Source: Fistulifera solaris
Lineage: Eukaryota
Direction: 5' to 3'
Length of the DNA stretch: 64,000 nt
Assembly (NCBI GenBank): GCA_030295235.1
Contig: AP026123.1
Location: 372,001 to 436,000 of the forward strand
This document shows positions 37,915 through 50,201 of the stretch, in pieces. The number at the start of each line of letters is the position of its first letter. The first letter of the stretch is position 1. Both the position numbers and the translations under genes were made by a program. A model generated the notes under the pieces. The model was not told the origin of the DNA, did no database searches, and saw only the letters and a program-made list of their open reading frames with translations.

Positions 37915-38350
37915 ATCCCAACCCTAAAAAAAATAGTAGAATATTCTACCTCCGGCCGTAGAAACCCTGTAGAAAAAATTTTCTGGTACTGGAAAAAAAT
38001 CGCAGAAGTTTCTACCTTTTTTTACCGTACAAAATACGTGTAATCCTGGGTGAAACTCCTCAATAAATAACCTTAACCCTTTTGCCGTATATTTGAAATG
38101 TTGTTTTTAGGTGATTCTTTGCTTCTTTCAAAAGTTAAAATAAACATCCTTTCATGCATGACAAAGAGAAATATGATGTTGCTTTTATAAATGAGAAAAA
38201 AACATTTTTGATTTTTTGTGTATTTCGTCTACGTACAGGTCTGGTACATTTCTACGCGAAAAAATGGTAGAATCGTTCTACCATCCTTCAGTCGACCGCT
38301 ATTCGTGATAGAAAAAAGTAGAACGTTCTACCTTTTTTTGGGGTTGGGAT
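37915..38350. mobile_element. MITE-like element, 436 bp, with TIRs and apparent TSD
   Basis: Left ATCCCAACCCTAAAAAAA / right TTTTTTTGGGGTTGGGAT; ATGAAAT duplicated at 37908-14 and 38351-57; subterminal palindromes GTAGAA(N)TTCTAC; AT-rich interior. Confidence 0.85.
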
Positions 38351-38810
38351 ATGAAATCGTGCCACTTCACTCTAGCGAAAAAGTACCAGCTCCTCTGTAC
38401 TAATTTTACGTATAGAAGGCTTCGCTAACCCGTTCTCTAATTGCCGAAGGACACTAACAGGTACTCAACATCGTAGAGTGTCCCAAATTATCGCTTCTTT
38501 GCCTTTCTTTCTTGATGAATAAGACACGGCTCGTTGTGCTCGTAACGTCGTTTCACTTCACAACTACCCATAAGAGAAATAAATCATCAATGATTCATTC
38601 CTTGATTAATCAAGCAAGTGAAATCAATCATAATCACTCTTATTTGTAGACGTGCGGGGGAGGCGCATGCGACAGTTTCATTACTTTGCAACAGAAAGCA
38701 AAAACAGTTTCTATCGAGCAGGTCTCTCGCTATAGTCGAATATGGAGAAGTTTTGGGGTTTATCTCGCCTATTGCAAATATCAGGAAGCAATACAACAGA
38801 CGAAGGGAAT

Positions 38811-40079
38811 ATGAGCGAAACAGGAGGGAATGCACAGGATACCTACGAATTTGTGGCCTTTCTGCTGTGGTATCTCTTTCTTGTGCTTTGCTGCATCGTT
38901 CCGACATGTTGTGCGTACCGGAGACGGCGGCTGGTGGAACGCCGACTGGCGCAGCATCATTTTGATTTGCAGCGATTACAGCAGCAGCAACTAAACGGGC
39001 ATCCCAACTTCTTGTTGCTAGATCAAATTTCATCTTCCAACCCTCAACTGCGAAGAAATAATGAGGAATACCGCCGCATCCGCAAAGAAAAAATCTCAGA
39101 ATCGTTGCAAGCAACGACTGTGGTGAGTCTCAATCACGAAAATATCAATCTCGGACACAAATTTGTGTGAACTGAACACGGCTTTAACACTTTATTGCTG
39201 CGTACAGGTGCTGACGGACAAGGATTTTGAAACGGAAACGGAACACGGTGGGGTCCAGGTAGACCTTGCCACGGACGATTACTTGGGTGATTTAGACGAC
39301 TCAACAACGAGAGTGAAACTACCGGTCGATGCCGCAAATGGGAACCGCAGTGTTTCAGGGTTGTGCGCCATTTGCTTGTGTCCCTACACTGCCGGAGAAA
39401 AAATAACGTGGTCTTCGGAAACGTCGTGTCAGCATGCTTTTCACAAGGAGTGCATAATACAATGGCTGGCGAAAAAGATGAACTCAAATGTCCCGTTTGT
39501 CGACAAGATTATTGTCAACCAATTCACGTGGATGAGTCATTTCCGGGCTCCGAAGATCTGTTTCTGGATAGTTTTGCATTAGCATTAAATTATGCTCGAT
39601 CCCACGCATCGCGGTCATGGGCGGGTGAAGTCAGCAGAGGAAGTGGAGCCGGATCATTTGCGTTCGGCTTTGAACCAGCAGTACGAGTTCATGTTATGGG
39701 AGGTAACAATGAACTAAGTCTTCGCGATCCCTCAGTTTCTCAGGATATTGAGATGGGCCCTGCCGTTTCCTCCGAAAGCAGTAGTGCTCCACCTCCGTTG
39801 ATCACGGAGAGTAGCGCCGGAGAGGGTGAAGCGGTATCTTTATCATCTACTGCGGACAGCACTGATGATCACGAACAACAAGCAGAAACGGCGACTGAAA
39901 ATACTAATGGTGGAGAGTCCGTAGTGGAAGAAGTCAACATTGATGAAGTTGCGCAGCATCCAGACACTGCCGCAGATGCGAGTCTCGATGGAGAAGAGGG
40001 CATTGGAAATGTCGTAGTAACAGATGCGGGTGATACGAATGGAATTGCTGAGGAGGAGCGATCAAGGAGAGATTCGTGA
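38811..40079 (+). CDS. Membrane-anchored RING-H2 E3 ubiquitin ligase; intron 39123-39207; frameshift ~39475
   Basis: TM FVAFLLWYLFLVLCCIVPTCC; CAICLCPY...CQHAFHKECIIQWL...CPVCRQ. Confidence 0.85.
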
Positions 40080-40382
40080 TAATTTTTGACGATCGTGTAG
40101 TGTTGAGTTGTATCATATGTGCCTACCTCGTTGTTCTCACACGTGATGGAGAAGCAAAATGTTTTTTCGTCGACTTCGGTGATCTCCTTAATTCACCATG
40201 CGCTTGGACGAGAGCTATATTGGCGACGAATTTTTGGTTTATTCACAGTTCACATACCGCACCTGGTAACTCCGTGGAGGCGACCGCTGTGGCACGGGTA
40301 CTCTATGCCTTTCATAAACATAAATGACGGATAATGAATGTGTTTGTTTTATTGCGCTGCGTTAGCTCTATACTACTCTGTA

Positions 40383-42854
40383 TTAAACAATGATTCGGAC
40401 TCGTTTCTCGCCAGATCTACGCCTGTCGTTTTTGTCGTATTTCATACATTCAACGTAGAGAAGGGATTCATAAGGGTCAGCAAACTTTAGCCTCTTCGTC
40501 AGCCAAGATTGAGACAGCTCGTTATTGGATGAGAGCTTTCGTTTACCTGAATTGAAGCAGTTTAGCGACAGTTCGCTAGGATCCAAACCCTCTTTCTTCA
40601 TGGCATACACCACGCGAAGTGCAATATCGGAACGACGTGCTCGCCCACACACGAACAACAAGCCATTATACGCCGCGAACAAATTTATATTTCTAGCTCG
40701 GCGCTGTGACGCTATACTCTTTCCGTCGTGAGTGGCATGAGATAGGCAAAATGAGCGAATTTCCCCTTTCCAAGCAGATATAGCAGCGTCGACGTCATCG
40801 CCATAGCATCGAAATATTGCATTTATGAAGCGGCCGTCTGCTGTAACTCCTACCCTTGTGGCTTGACGAAAAAGTTCCAAAGCAACAGACGCATTCGTTT
40901 TTCCATTTTGGAGAGTTGACGCCACCAAGCAAAACGTTTGGGAATCTGGTTTCGGAAGAAAATAACTCTGTTTAGCCATCGCTTCGAGAAGCGAAGCCGC
41001 CGCCTCTTCGCACTTTAAGCCTTCTAAAGGAATGAAGGTGTCTGATTTCTGTCGCTTCGTATCTATTAGCGACTCAAGGTGAAATGCTGCAGCCGAATCC
41101 TTCATGCTCAGTCTCGTAGAATTGTCAGCAGCTGCGGATTCAGCAAAGCACCCATCAGAACATTAAGTGTTCTCAATGATGCCATGCGCGTGTTTCCGTA
41201 TAATTTAAAGCAAAACCAGCAAGCGCTGGATGGGTCGGAAAGACTTCCAAAGGCTGAGATGGCGGCACGTGCGACAACTCCCGTGCAGGCAACTTGTTGA
41301 ATAGCGAATGCGTCGTAAAGCAGCTCCGATAGTTCCTCTGACGTCCTGCACAACCCCATCATTGTTGTTGTCGTATATGCATCGGCCTTTGCAGATGACT
41401 TTTGCATAAGTCTGAACAGTTCCCACGCTTCCTTGACGACGTTGTCTAGGGTACGATCGTCTTTCTTTTACTATCAAAAGAGGCTGTCGTTTTTCTCTTA
41501 GCATGTAATTGCCAATGTTTCCTATATCCCTCTAAAAGTATGTTGAAATGGCGCGTTCTGGGTCGTACTATCCGCATTTCTCCCGCAATAGCGGCAACAA
41601 CGGAAGACAATGATGGGGCCATGTACATTTCAAAAATGGCTCGAGCCGAAGCGAGTTCACCTTCTTGAATAAGTGAGACGAGGAATGCAGCGAATGCATT
41701 CGACACGATGCTTTCTGAATTCTGCGAGACGAAACGATCCAAAAGATCTTCGACTTCCCCTATTCTCCCCGCACGGAGGAGAGGAGGGAGGATCAAATCT
41801 AGTGTGTATTGATCGGGTAGTGCGGTGGATTGGATTGAAATTCGATTGTCCCAAAGAAAGAGAGCATCCTGATCAGATTGTTGAGACTTGGGAGCACTGA
41901 GAATGGCGCTTAAGCGGGCATTGTAAGCAAAAATGTCAGGTTGAATGTTCTGATTCAACATCAGGGTCCATGCGGCATCGGCTATAGTTTTATTTATGGA
42001 CGCTGCGGCGTGCATTACGGTTGAATAAGAAACCGCGTCCGGTATGACCCCAAGGCGTGTTCTGGCAAAATCGTTCGCAAGCCAGGAAAAAGCTTCATTT
42101 AATTGCACTTCCACTCGACCGGCAGTGTCCTTTTTTCGATGCCAACGGGCGTCTTCTCCTCGCACAAACAGGCGAGGAACATGTTGAAGCTTGTTAAACT
42201 AACTGACTTTTGTCCACAACTGCTGGCACTATCTTTTTTCGTAACGATACTTCCAGACCTCGTCATACATTCTTTGAATAACTCAAGCTTCCCCGCACGA
42301 CGCAATGCTGTACTCAATGCATCTTGCGCCTTCACACTAGGAAGCATATCCCAATTCAAAAATCCGGTGACCGTATAATTCCATGCTAGATCTTCCAACC
42401 CCGAGAACGCCGCCGCACGAATCACGCGTTCCAATATAGCCTGCTCGGATGGAGAGGGAGTTACGTCAGCACTGACTAGAGGTAACGCTTGTAGCTGCCG
42501 AATCGCTTCGGTGGATTCGGTGTTTGTAGATGAGTGCGCCAATTGGAATAAAACATCCACTAACGCGCGTCCTTTGTCATCATCAAATGGAGTCTTTCTG
42601 TAAGATAGAAGCCGTTCGATAGATTGCGCGATCCGCTTCAACTGAAAGTTTCTTCGGGAATAATTACTTCCCGAAGTGGAAGGATGAACAAGGAGACGTG
42701 AGGGGCGGGCACAATGATCCAACGAGCTGACAGAGGAAAAGCTCGGACGGACCCTCTGACGGGTAAGCAGCCGAAATGAGAGCGTCTGCAGTGAAAGGTG
42801 ACTGAGAAAGGATATCAATCCAAAGGGCAGCACCCAGCGTCGCGCAAGCATCAA
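40383..42854 (-). CDS. Pentatricopeptide-repeat protein, probably plastid-targeted; several apparent frameshifts
   Basis: PDAVSYSTVMHA, PDIFAYNARL, ADAYTTTTMM, TLNVLMGA; N-terminal signal ...QTLS-FR. Confidence 0.8.
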
Positions 42855-43454
42855 TAATGGTCGTTGAGAAGCGCAAAACGGATTGGATCAACTATATTTT
42901 TCTTGCTTCACGGAAAGGGCATGCCGAAAGCCGTCCAACGATTGTACACTATTCATAAACAGCTCTAACTGTGTGCGGCTTGCTTTTCCTTGTAGGAATG
43001 ATAAGAAGCAGCAAGTAATAACTTCTTCAATTTTGTTATTGCAGCTTGCAGCAACTTTCTACTCCGTACCAGGTACCACCGTAGTATACTTTTTCTCAAC
43101 TTCAATCATTGTTACAACATGAAAAGGGATCGAGTTTGCTGGGAAACCGGAGCAGGTTTGTCGCTTTACTGTACTACTAACTGTGGTACATACATGTTTG
43201 TCCAGACGAAGGACAGCGTCGTGTGTGACGTACTACGGTAAGGTGACTCAGTGGTACTCGCAATCTTTGTGAAAGTGTATAGGCCATCGTCTGTAATTTG
43301 TCGTGTAAGTTAGTCTAGATTTTGACATTCACCTCACTTCCGTGCTTTTCAAACGCATTTCGCAAGCCTGTTGATGCCAATTGCCAGTGCTCATTTGCAC
43401 TCATTCCGCAGGGTTTTGCTAACTCTTTAGAGCTTGCTACGAAGTCACTTCACG

Positions 43455-44607
43455 ATGGCTTCCGAATCTGTGGGCCGGGGCGGATTGCCGTACCAATCAT
43501 CGGATCCTGTAAGTAAGCGTCATCCTTATTCATCGTCGTTTTGAACATCGACAAATCTTCGTCGCTTGTTGATGGAGAGCCTCGTTGATTTTTGTTTCAA
43601 TACTCACCCGTAATCTATTGCTTGTTGTACATGATCACCAGAATGCGAGTCACACGGTTGATTTAGACGACATTTTCAATGATATTTACTACATGGACTT
43701 TTTTGAATCCGGACGGCTCTGTAAAGCAAGATGCTCTGCCGGAACCGGAAGTAATCACTAGTACCACATCCAAGTCAACAGAAAAGAAACGATCGGCAAA
43801 AGACGCTGATTTGGATAATAGCCATAACGACGAAGAGGATTCCAAGGAGCTCACGGAGGCCCAAAAGTTAGAGAGACGCGAGCGCAACCGAGAACATGCC
43901 AAGCGCAGTCGATTGCGCAAGAAATTCCTCTTGGAAAGCCTTCAGGAACAAATTCATGAACTGGAAGAGCAGATTACTGGTCTCAAAGATGCTATCAAGG
44001 CAGAGATTCCTAACCGTGCGGAAGCCATAATTAAAACTGTTTGTGGTGATAAAGAGAAATATACACCACTTCCCATGCCGAGTGGCTTTGGTCCAGTGAA
44101 GACTCTCATGGAACCAGATTTTAGACTTAGTAAGTGTATCCCGTGATTTTCATCAGTGAATTGGGTAGATCACTTTCTCACGATCGACATGTATTGCTTA
44201 TTCCTACAGTGTCGGCGTTGTCTGGTTCTCAGCAGAACTTTGCTATTTCGGATCCGACCTTGCCCGACAACCCCATTGTATACGTCAGCCAGGGCTTTTT
44301 AGATCTCACCGGATACACCCTTGATCAAGTTTTGGGAAGAAACTGTCGCTTTTTGCAGGGGCCGGGAACCGATCAAAATGCCGTTCAGATCATCCGAAAG
44401 GGTGTCGAGGAAGGCGTCGATACTTCGGTTTGCTTGTTGAACTACAAGGCCGATGGTACACCCTTTTGGAATCAGTTCTTTGTGGCGGCTTTGCGAGATG
44501 CCGAAAATAATGTTGTCAATTATGTGGGTGTGCAATGTGAGGTATCCAAGGCTGTTGTGGAGAAGCAAATGGCCAAGCAGAATCGCAAGATTACGGAGGG
44601 TTCTTAG
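43455..44607 (+). CDS. AUREO1c: Aureochrome blue-light receptor (bZIP + LOV), most like the AUREO1c subtype; introns 43509-43641, 44130-44209; T-run frameshift ~43700
   Basis: ERRERNREHAKRSRLRKKFLLESLQ; LOV with GRNCRFLQG, DPTLPDNPIVY; linker GFGPVKTLMEPDFRLMSALSGSQQNF (subtype from memory). Confidence 0.9.
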
Positions 44608-45210
44608 ACCCAAGAATATCGTCGGTCACTTCTTTCATTGTGTAAGCACATGCCGCTTTAATTGAATCTATGGGTTTTTTTATTTGTTAACAGTAGCCGT
44701 AGCACGTACGGAAACAGCTAATTTAGGCGGACAAGTAGACGCGTATTCGTTTTTAACTCGATTTTGAAAACAGATCATTGTTCTATATTCACCTGTTGAA
44801 AGTTTAATAAGCCAAAACATTTTCAAGGAAATACTGGACCAATGAAACCGTAATACACGATTAATGGCTTGGCACGAATTGTCGAACAACAAAGCGTGAT
44901 GCCCAAGAAAAGTGAAAATAATCGATTTGAGAGTCACCATTTGACTCCTGTACATTTAAACAGATAATAAATCCAAGATTTTGTCGCAATGTGCACAGGC
45001 CGTTCGGTTCACTTACGTCAGACGTCATCGTCTACTTTTAAATCCTATACTCGTATTGACGGTATCTGATGTCAACCGATCTTTTAGTTGCTTTTTTATG
45101 GCATCACAAATCATCACAACAGACGCTATACATCTCATTCATGTCAAGTTGGATGAGGACACTAAGACATACTCCGTATTTTCTTGGAAGTAAAAATAAA
45201 TAAGAACGCT

Positions 45211-46806
45211 ATGAAGTTTCGTCCCGGATGTGTCTCGTTTCTTGTTGCAGCCCTCCTTCTTGCGGCTTCAATTCCTGTCATCGAGTCGAAGAAGGCCTTC
45301 AACCCGACTTCCTTTGTTCCTCAAAAAATTACGTCAAAGGCGATCAGCACCAAGCTCGAAAAATCTAGCACTCCTGATGTCTCTTCTCAAATTGAGAATG
45401 TTCGTGGAGGTGCCTTGGATAACAATCTGATCAACTGTCTCGCTGGATCAGTCGTCTGCGGTCTGATCGAGCAGGCTGTCAAGAAAAGGGTTGACGAAGG
45501 CAAACATCAGCTTTCCGTCATCGCTCGGGGGCTGCATCTTTCTCTTCTTCTTTCTTGTTCTAGCGGATATTATCAATCCTACTGTAGCAAGCTCGATGTA
45601 CGAAGCTCTAGCTCCAGCCGCTGCATTCCTAGCGAAATGGATGGCACCGCTCTTTGTTCCAGGACTTGTTATGCTTCCTCTGTCGCCCTCGGTCGGTGGA
45701 GGGATGGAAGTAAGTATAATACGAATAACGATTTCAAAAGTCACACCTATGCTGCGGATATTCTCAGAAAAATTTATTTGCAATGAATGCAGATCCTAAA
45801 AGTAATCGCGACTGTCGCAATCGGTTTCGTTTTTACTATCACGACAAGCGCCTTTTCAGTCTTGACAATTCGAAAAGCTCAAGGCACACTCATTACTACT
45901 TCTACTGTTCCCAGTAAGGCCGTGGCATCTGGTCCTAAACCCAAACCATTTAATGAAGCCTCGTGGAGTTTCTTTTCGAAGGGCGCCCTGCTTTCGGCCG
46001 TAGCGACCGTTTGGGCTTCCAAGACCAATAACGCATTCGCCTCTCCCATTCAAACTCTGTTCCTGACCTTTCTCACAGTAGCTGCTTACATTTGGAGCGC
46101 CAATCTACCCGCGGGTTTTGTCAAAATTGTGCATCCTCTTGCGACAAGTGCGACGCTAGTTCTGACCGTCATTCGTGGACTTGCTGCTATCACCGGACGA
46201 GAATACTACGACGTCCTCCGTTCTTATAAAGTAGGATCACTCGATCCTATGAAAGCCGGTGCTGGTGATATTCTCATGTTCTTACTCGGGGCTCCGGTAG
46301 TTGGCTTCGCAATTTCTGTTTACAGTCGGCGCCAACTCCTCTTCAACAATCTCGTGGTTGTTCTAACATCTGTCCTTGTCGGTAGTGCAGGCAGTTTGTT
46401 TGCAACTGCCGGTTTTGTGCGATTGATATCGCTGGGTTCAGGGGCGACTGCAAGACTTGTGCGATTGTCTCTCCTAGCTAGAAACGTGACGACTGCATTG
46501 GCTATAGCCCTCACAAACATGCTGGGTGGTGATATTTCTATTGCCGCTAGTGTCGTCTGTCTTACAGGAATTCTCGGTGGAACGTATGGTCAAGCCTTTA
46601 TGGATGCGCTTGGTATTAAAGATCCCATTTGCCGCGGTATTGGTATGGGGTGCTCTTCGCAGGGTCTTGGTGTAGCTGCAATTTCTGGTGAACCGGATGC
46701 GTTCCCTTTTGCAGCAATTGCTATGGTTTTGACTGCAATTGCAGCAACAACGTTGGCATCTATTCCAGCTGTAAAGGAAGCCCTGATTCAGACAGCTTGC
46801 GGTTAG
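45211..46806 (+). CDS. LrgA/LrgB-type membrane transporter (PLGG1-like glycolate/glycerate translocator family); intron 45710-45792; frameshift ~45485
   Basis: FPSSLGG, KWMAPLFVPGLVMLPL, LLARNVTTALA, RGIGMGCSSQGLG. Confidence 0.85.
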
Positions 46807-47007
46807 ACTAGTAACTTGGTCTCGGCGGTAATTCTTGGGTTAGTGGAAGTTGCCATTCTCAAACCGACCATTTCGAAATTCAATAAATATACGTAAGCTG
46901 TAGAAATCCACCTGCCGTTTGATCTTTGTTAACCAAATGCACACCGAAACGCTTGCGATCAAAGATTAAGTTAAACATTTATAAGAGGAAAGCTAGTTCC
47001 ATTGGAA

Positions 47008-48135
47008 CTATCTCGGCGAGACGCATTCAAGCTTTGATCCCTGCTCAGCTATATTTTGCCCAGCCTGTATGATATCATTCTTCAAAGCTATAAAATCGTT
47101 CGTAAGCGTCTCGAGTGAGTCATACCAGAGAAATGAATCGATTTTGAAATCGGGAAGATTAGATCTACACGCGGTCTTCTCGTTCTCGGCAAGAACTTCT
47201 GTGTCTGCAGTTTTCGTTTCGGTAAGTTTGACCTTATCATCATAGGCCGGGAATGGGTTCCATTGATTCATTGTTTCCTCGATTCCCAATGCACTGCATA
47301 ATTGATCACCAAATCCAAAATCACAGCCATAGTTATTGACCGTTGCTTCCACATTATCTTTCGAGTATTCGACTGCATTCGCGATCTGGTCAATTTGAGG
47401 TTGCTGCTCTTCTACCAAAGCTGCCAAGTTTTTGTAGACATCGTTCACTTGATGAATACTTTCGTTCATTCGCACCAATTCCTCTTCTCGCTCTCTCATT
47501 GCCTTTTCATAGAAGTCTTCCTTCTCGTCGCCACCGTTGCTCCAACCCACTGCACCAAGACGACTAATTTCCGCGGATTGCTTTTTCTCGTAAAGAGACA
47601 TGGCCATGAGAAGCGTCTTGTGACTTCGTTTAAAGTCACGGTGCAGTTTCATACAGGCCGTTTGCTCGGTCCGCAATTCCTCTTCTCCAGTCAAGCTATT
47701 CTTCTTCATTAACAATGTCTTTTCGTAATTGTAAAGCTTTTCCCAAAGTTCTTTGTCGGTTTCTTGAGCCGAAGTCATGAGAATACGAACGCGCCATGCC
47801 GCTTCGGGAGTTTCCCCGCTACCATCCAAGAGTGCTGACAATTCCGAAACAAGTTTTTGGTATTGTTGCGTTTCGGCGGTCAACAGAGAGTAATCTGACT
47901 TTCGTTGTTGCCGTTTGCGGATCGCATCGCGCTGCATTTGTACTTGCTCGGCATCGTACAGTTCTTCGTCGCCCCCATCATCTAGCAAGTGCTGCACTTT
48001 TCCGTGCAACATAATCGATCTTGTTTTCGGGGGGAGACGAGGCGGCTCCTCGTCGTCGGGTTGCTGAACCACAATTCGTGGCATTGTTTGCTGCGCATCG
48101 GTAGGCAGTGTTCCGCTTAAATCTTGAAATGACAT
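47008..48135 (-). CDS. Syntaxin-like (Qa t-SNARE motif) protein lacking a C-terminal TM
   Basis: MSFQDL start; KLHRDF; IHQVNDVYKNLAALVEEQQPQIDQIANAVE SNARE motif. Confidence 0.7.
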   Translation of the reverse strand: MSFQDLSGTLPTDAQQTMPRIVVQQPDDEEPPRLPPKTRSIMLHGKVQHLLDDGGDEELYDAEQVQMQRDAIRKRQQRKSDYSLLTAETQQYQKLVSELSALLDGSGETPEAAWRVRILMTSAQETDKELWEKLYNYEKTLLMKKNSLTGEEELRTEQTACMKLHRDFKRSHKTLLMAMSLYEKKQSAEISRLGAVGWSNGGDEKEDFYEKAMREREEELVRMNESIHQVNDVYKNLAALVEEQQPQIDQIANAVEYSKDNVEATVNNYGCDFGFGDQLCSALGIEETMNQWNPFPAYDDKVKLTETKTADTEVLAENEKTACRSNLPDFKIDSFLWYDSLETLTNDFIALKNDIIQAGQNIAEQGSKLECVSPR

Positions 48136-48426
48136 GTTCTTCGTTTTATCCAAGGGAGTTAACAGTCAACAACACTACCATCAATGTATTGTTGTCTCCT
48201 CGATAGAAGTAAAAGAATGCACCGCCTTTTGCATTCTTTGTGCGTCGCGCTTCATGACTGAAAAAAAAAACGCAGTCGTAAAAAAAGTCGTCTACACTTT
48301 GGGCTCCTGTGACCTGTGAGGCGAAAAGTTATATGAACGGTGTGACGCGATCTGGTACTGGTCTTAAACATCCAATTCTGGGCTTTTCCAGTGCAAAGAT
48401 GTCAGCGTTGCGTTTTGCGCACCTTC

Positions 48427-48975
48427 GATTTGAAAACAAAACGGTGACGCCATTTTTGATGCGACGCTTCGAATGTCTATACCTTGTACGTAGGGTCTAT
48501 TTCTACGTAGCTCTCGTAAGGAAATTTATCGACAGAGGGGCACCCGGATATTTGGCAATTTTGATCACACCATTTTCCGCGTATTTTCAACACCAATGTC
48601 AACATTACTTTGCCCGACATCGCTAACGCATGCCATAAAGCAATAATAAATCCTGATAGGATGGTGAAACATGAAACAGTAAACCGATGCAACGCTTCGA
48701 ATGTCTACGCGTAATTCACGTAGCCGCCGTAGGAAATTTATCTCTGCAGGGGTACCCGGATATTGTGTTTTCCGTCATCGTCCAATTCTTGCCTCTAAAG
48801 TGCACAGATGCCAACGTTTCTTTTTCCATCATATTTGCTTCGTATCAGAAAGCAATAATCGTCATTGATTTGAAAACAAAACGTTGCTGGAACAAATGAT
48901 GCGACGCTTCGAATGTCTATACGTATTTCTACGTAGCTCTCGTAAGGAAATTTATCGACAGAGGGGTAACCCGGA
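48427..48975. repeat. Three degenerate ~220-bp-period direct repeats
   Basis: gatgc(g/a)acgcttcgaatgtcta...cgta..aaatttatc at ~48458, ~48686, ~48898; gatttgaaaacaaaacg at 48427 and 48867. Confidence 0.8.
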
Positions 48976-49119
48976 GATTGTGTAGTTTCGATCACATCGT
49001 GATACTTGACTTGTTTCGTTGCGAAAATTGGCACCGTATTTCTTCTTTATTTTTGCGAACCATTTGATAGATGTTTCAATCGATTTGTATCTTCGTTTTC
49101 TTGTTACGTGAAATAAATA

Positions 49120-49630
49120 CCACTCTCCCAGATTTCCTGGGAACATGAAAATATCATTGATCCAGATTTTCTGGACCACGTCAATGTACGACTCTCCCAA
49201 ATTTTCTGGGAACGTAAAATGCACCTTTCTGGACCACGTGTAAGTGTAAACACCGCATTCCAGATGTTCCTAGAGATTAGGAACGTGAAAACATGAATCT
49301 AAACGGTAAGTACCGTTTAGATTCATGGTGAAAATACAGCTGGTCCAGATTTTCTGGACCACGTGTAATTACCACTCTCCCAGAGTTTCCGGGAACGTGA
49401 AATACATCTGGTCTAAATTTTCTGGACCACGTGTAATTATCACACTCCCAGTTTTCCTGGGAGTGTGAAAATACAACTGGTCCAGATTTTCTGAACCACG
49501 TGAAAATACGACTTCCCCAGATTTTCCGGGAACGTGAAAATACATCTGGTCCAGATTTTCTGGACCACGTCAAAGTACGACTTGCCCAGATTTCCTGGGA
49601 ACGTGAAAACACTCTCCCATTTTTTCTGGA
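49120..49630. repeat. ~62-bp tandem array built from CCAGATTTTCTGG / CCCAGATTTYCTGGG palindromes
   Basis: Repeating actctcccagattttctgggaacgtgaaaatacatctggtccagattttctggaccacgt. Confidence 0.85.
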
Positions 49631-50030
49631 TACGTCCCATTTTTGGGACTAATCAGACACGAAACGTCATCGCGGTACTCAACGGATGTCCGCTTGGTCC
49701 CAAGATGGGACCAAGAGCCACTGTAGTTTTTAAAGTACTAAACATGAGGTCATCGTTGATCGTCTGTCGTACGTCTGATCCGTGACCTAAAAAAATTCAC
49801 GATTTATGAATTGTTTTAGCAAACTGAATTAAACAACATTAACATTCAACTCTCTTAATAGAGGAAACACCAAAAGAAAAGTAATTTTTGAGTTGGTGAC
49901 TTTTGTTCATTGATTTTACTGCCTGCAATCTCCTTGGTCCCATGTGGGACCAAGAAGATTTTGTACTGGGTCTACACAAATCCTACGCTCTTGGTCCCAA
50001 CTTGGGACCAAGAAAAAAAAGAATTGGGAT
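49615..50030. mobile_element. Second MITE-like element with degenerate TIRs and GGTCCCA..TGGGACC subterminal palindromes
   Basis: Palindromes at 49634, 49693, 49933, 49990; AT-rich centre; right end AAAAAAAAGAATTGGGAT resembles the end of the 37915 MITE; no TSD found. Confidence 0.5.
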
Positions 50031-50201
50031 ATAGCCCTGCTTCGCGTCGCGCTAGTGGTACGAGCACTTCTGACGCATCAACGAAAAGAATGAGCACCTC
50101 ATGCCCGATTTTGTATCATGCAATAACCAGACCACGACACATTTTTTTCAAAGGACCGCTGAAGAAAGACAGCTAATAATAGCCTTGTTTCTTCAAAGAG
50201 G

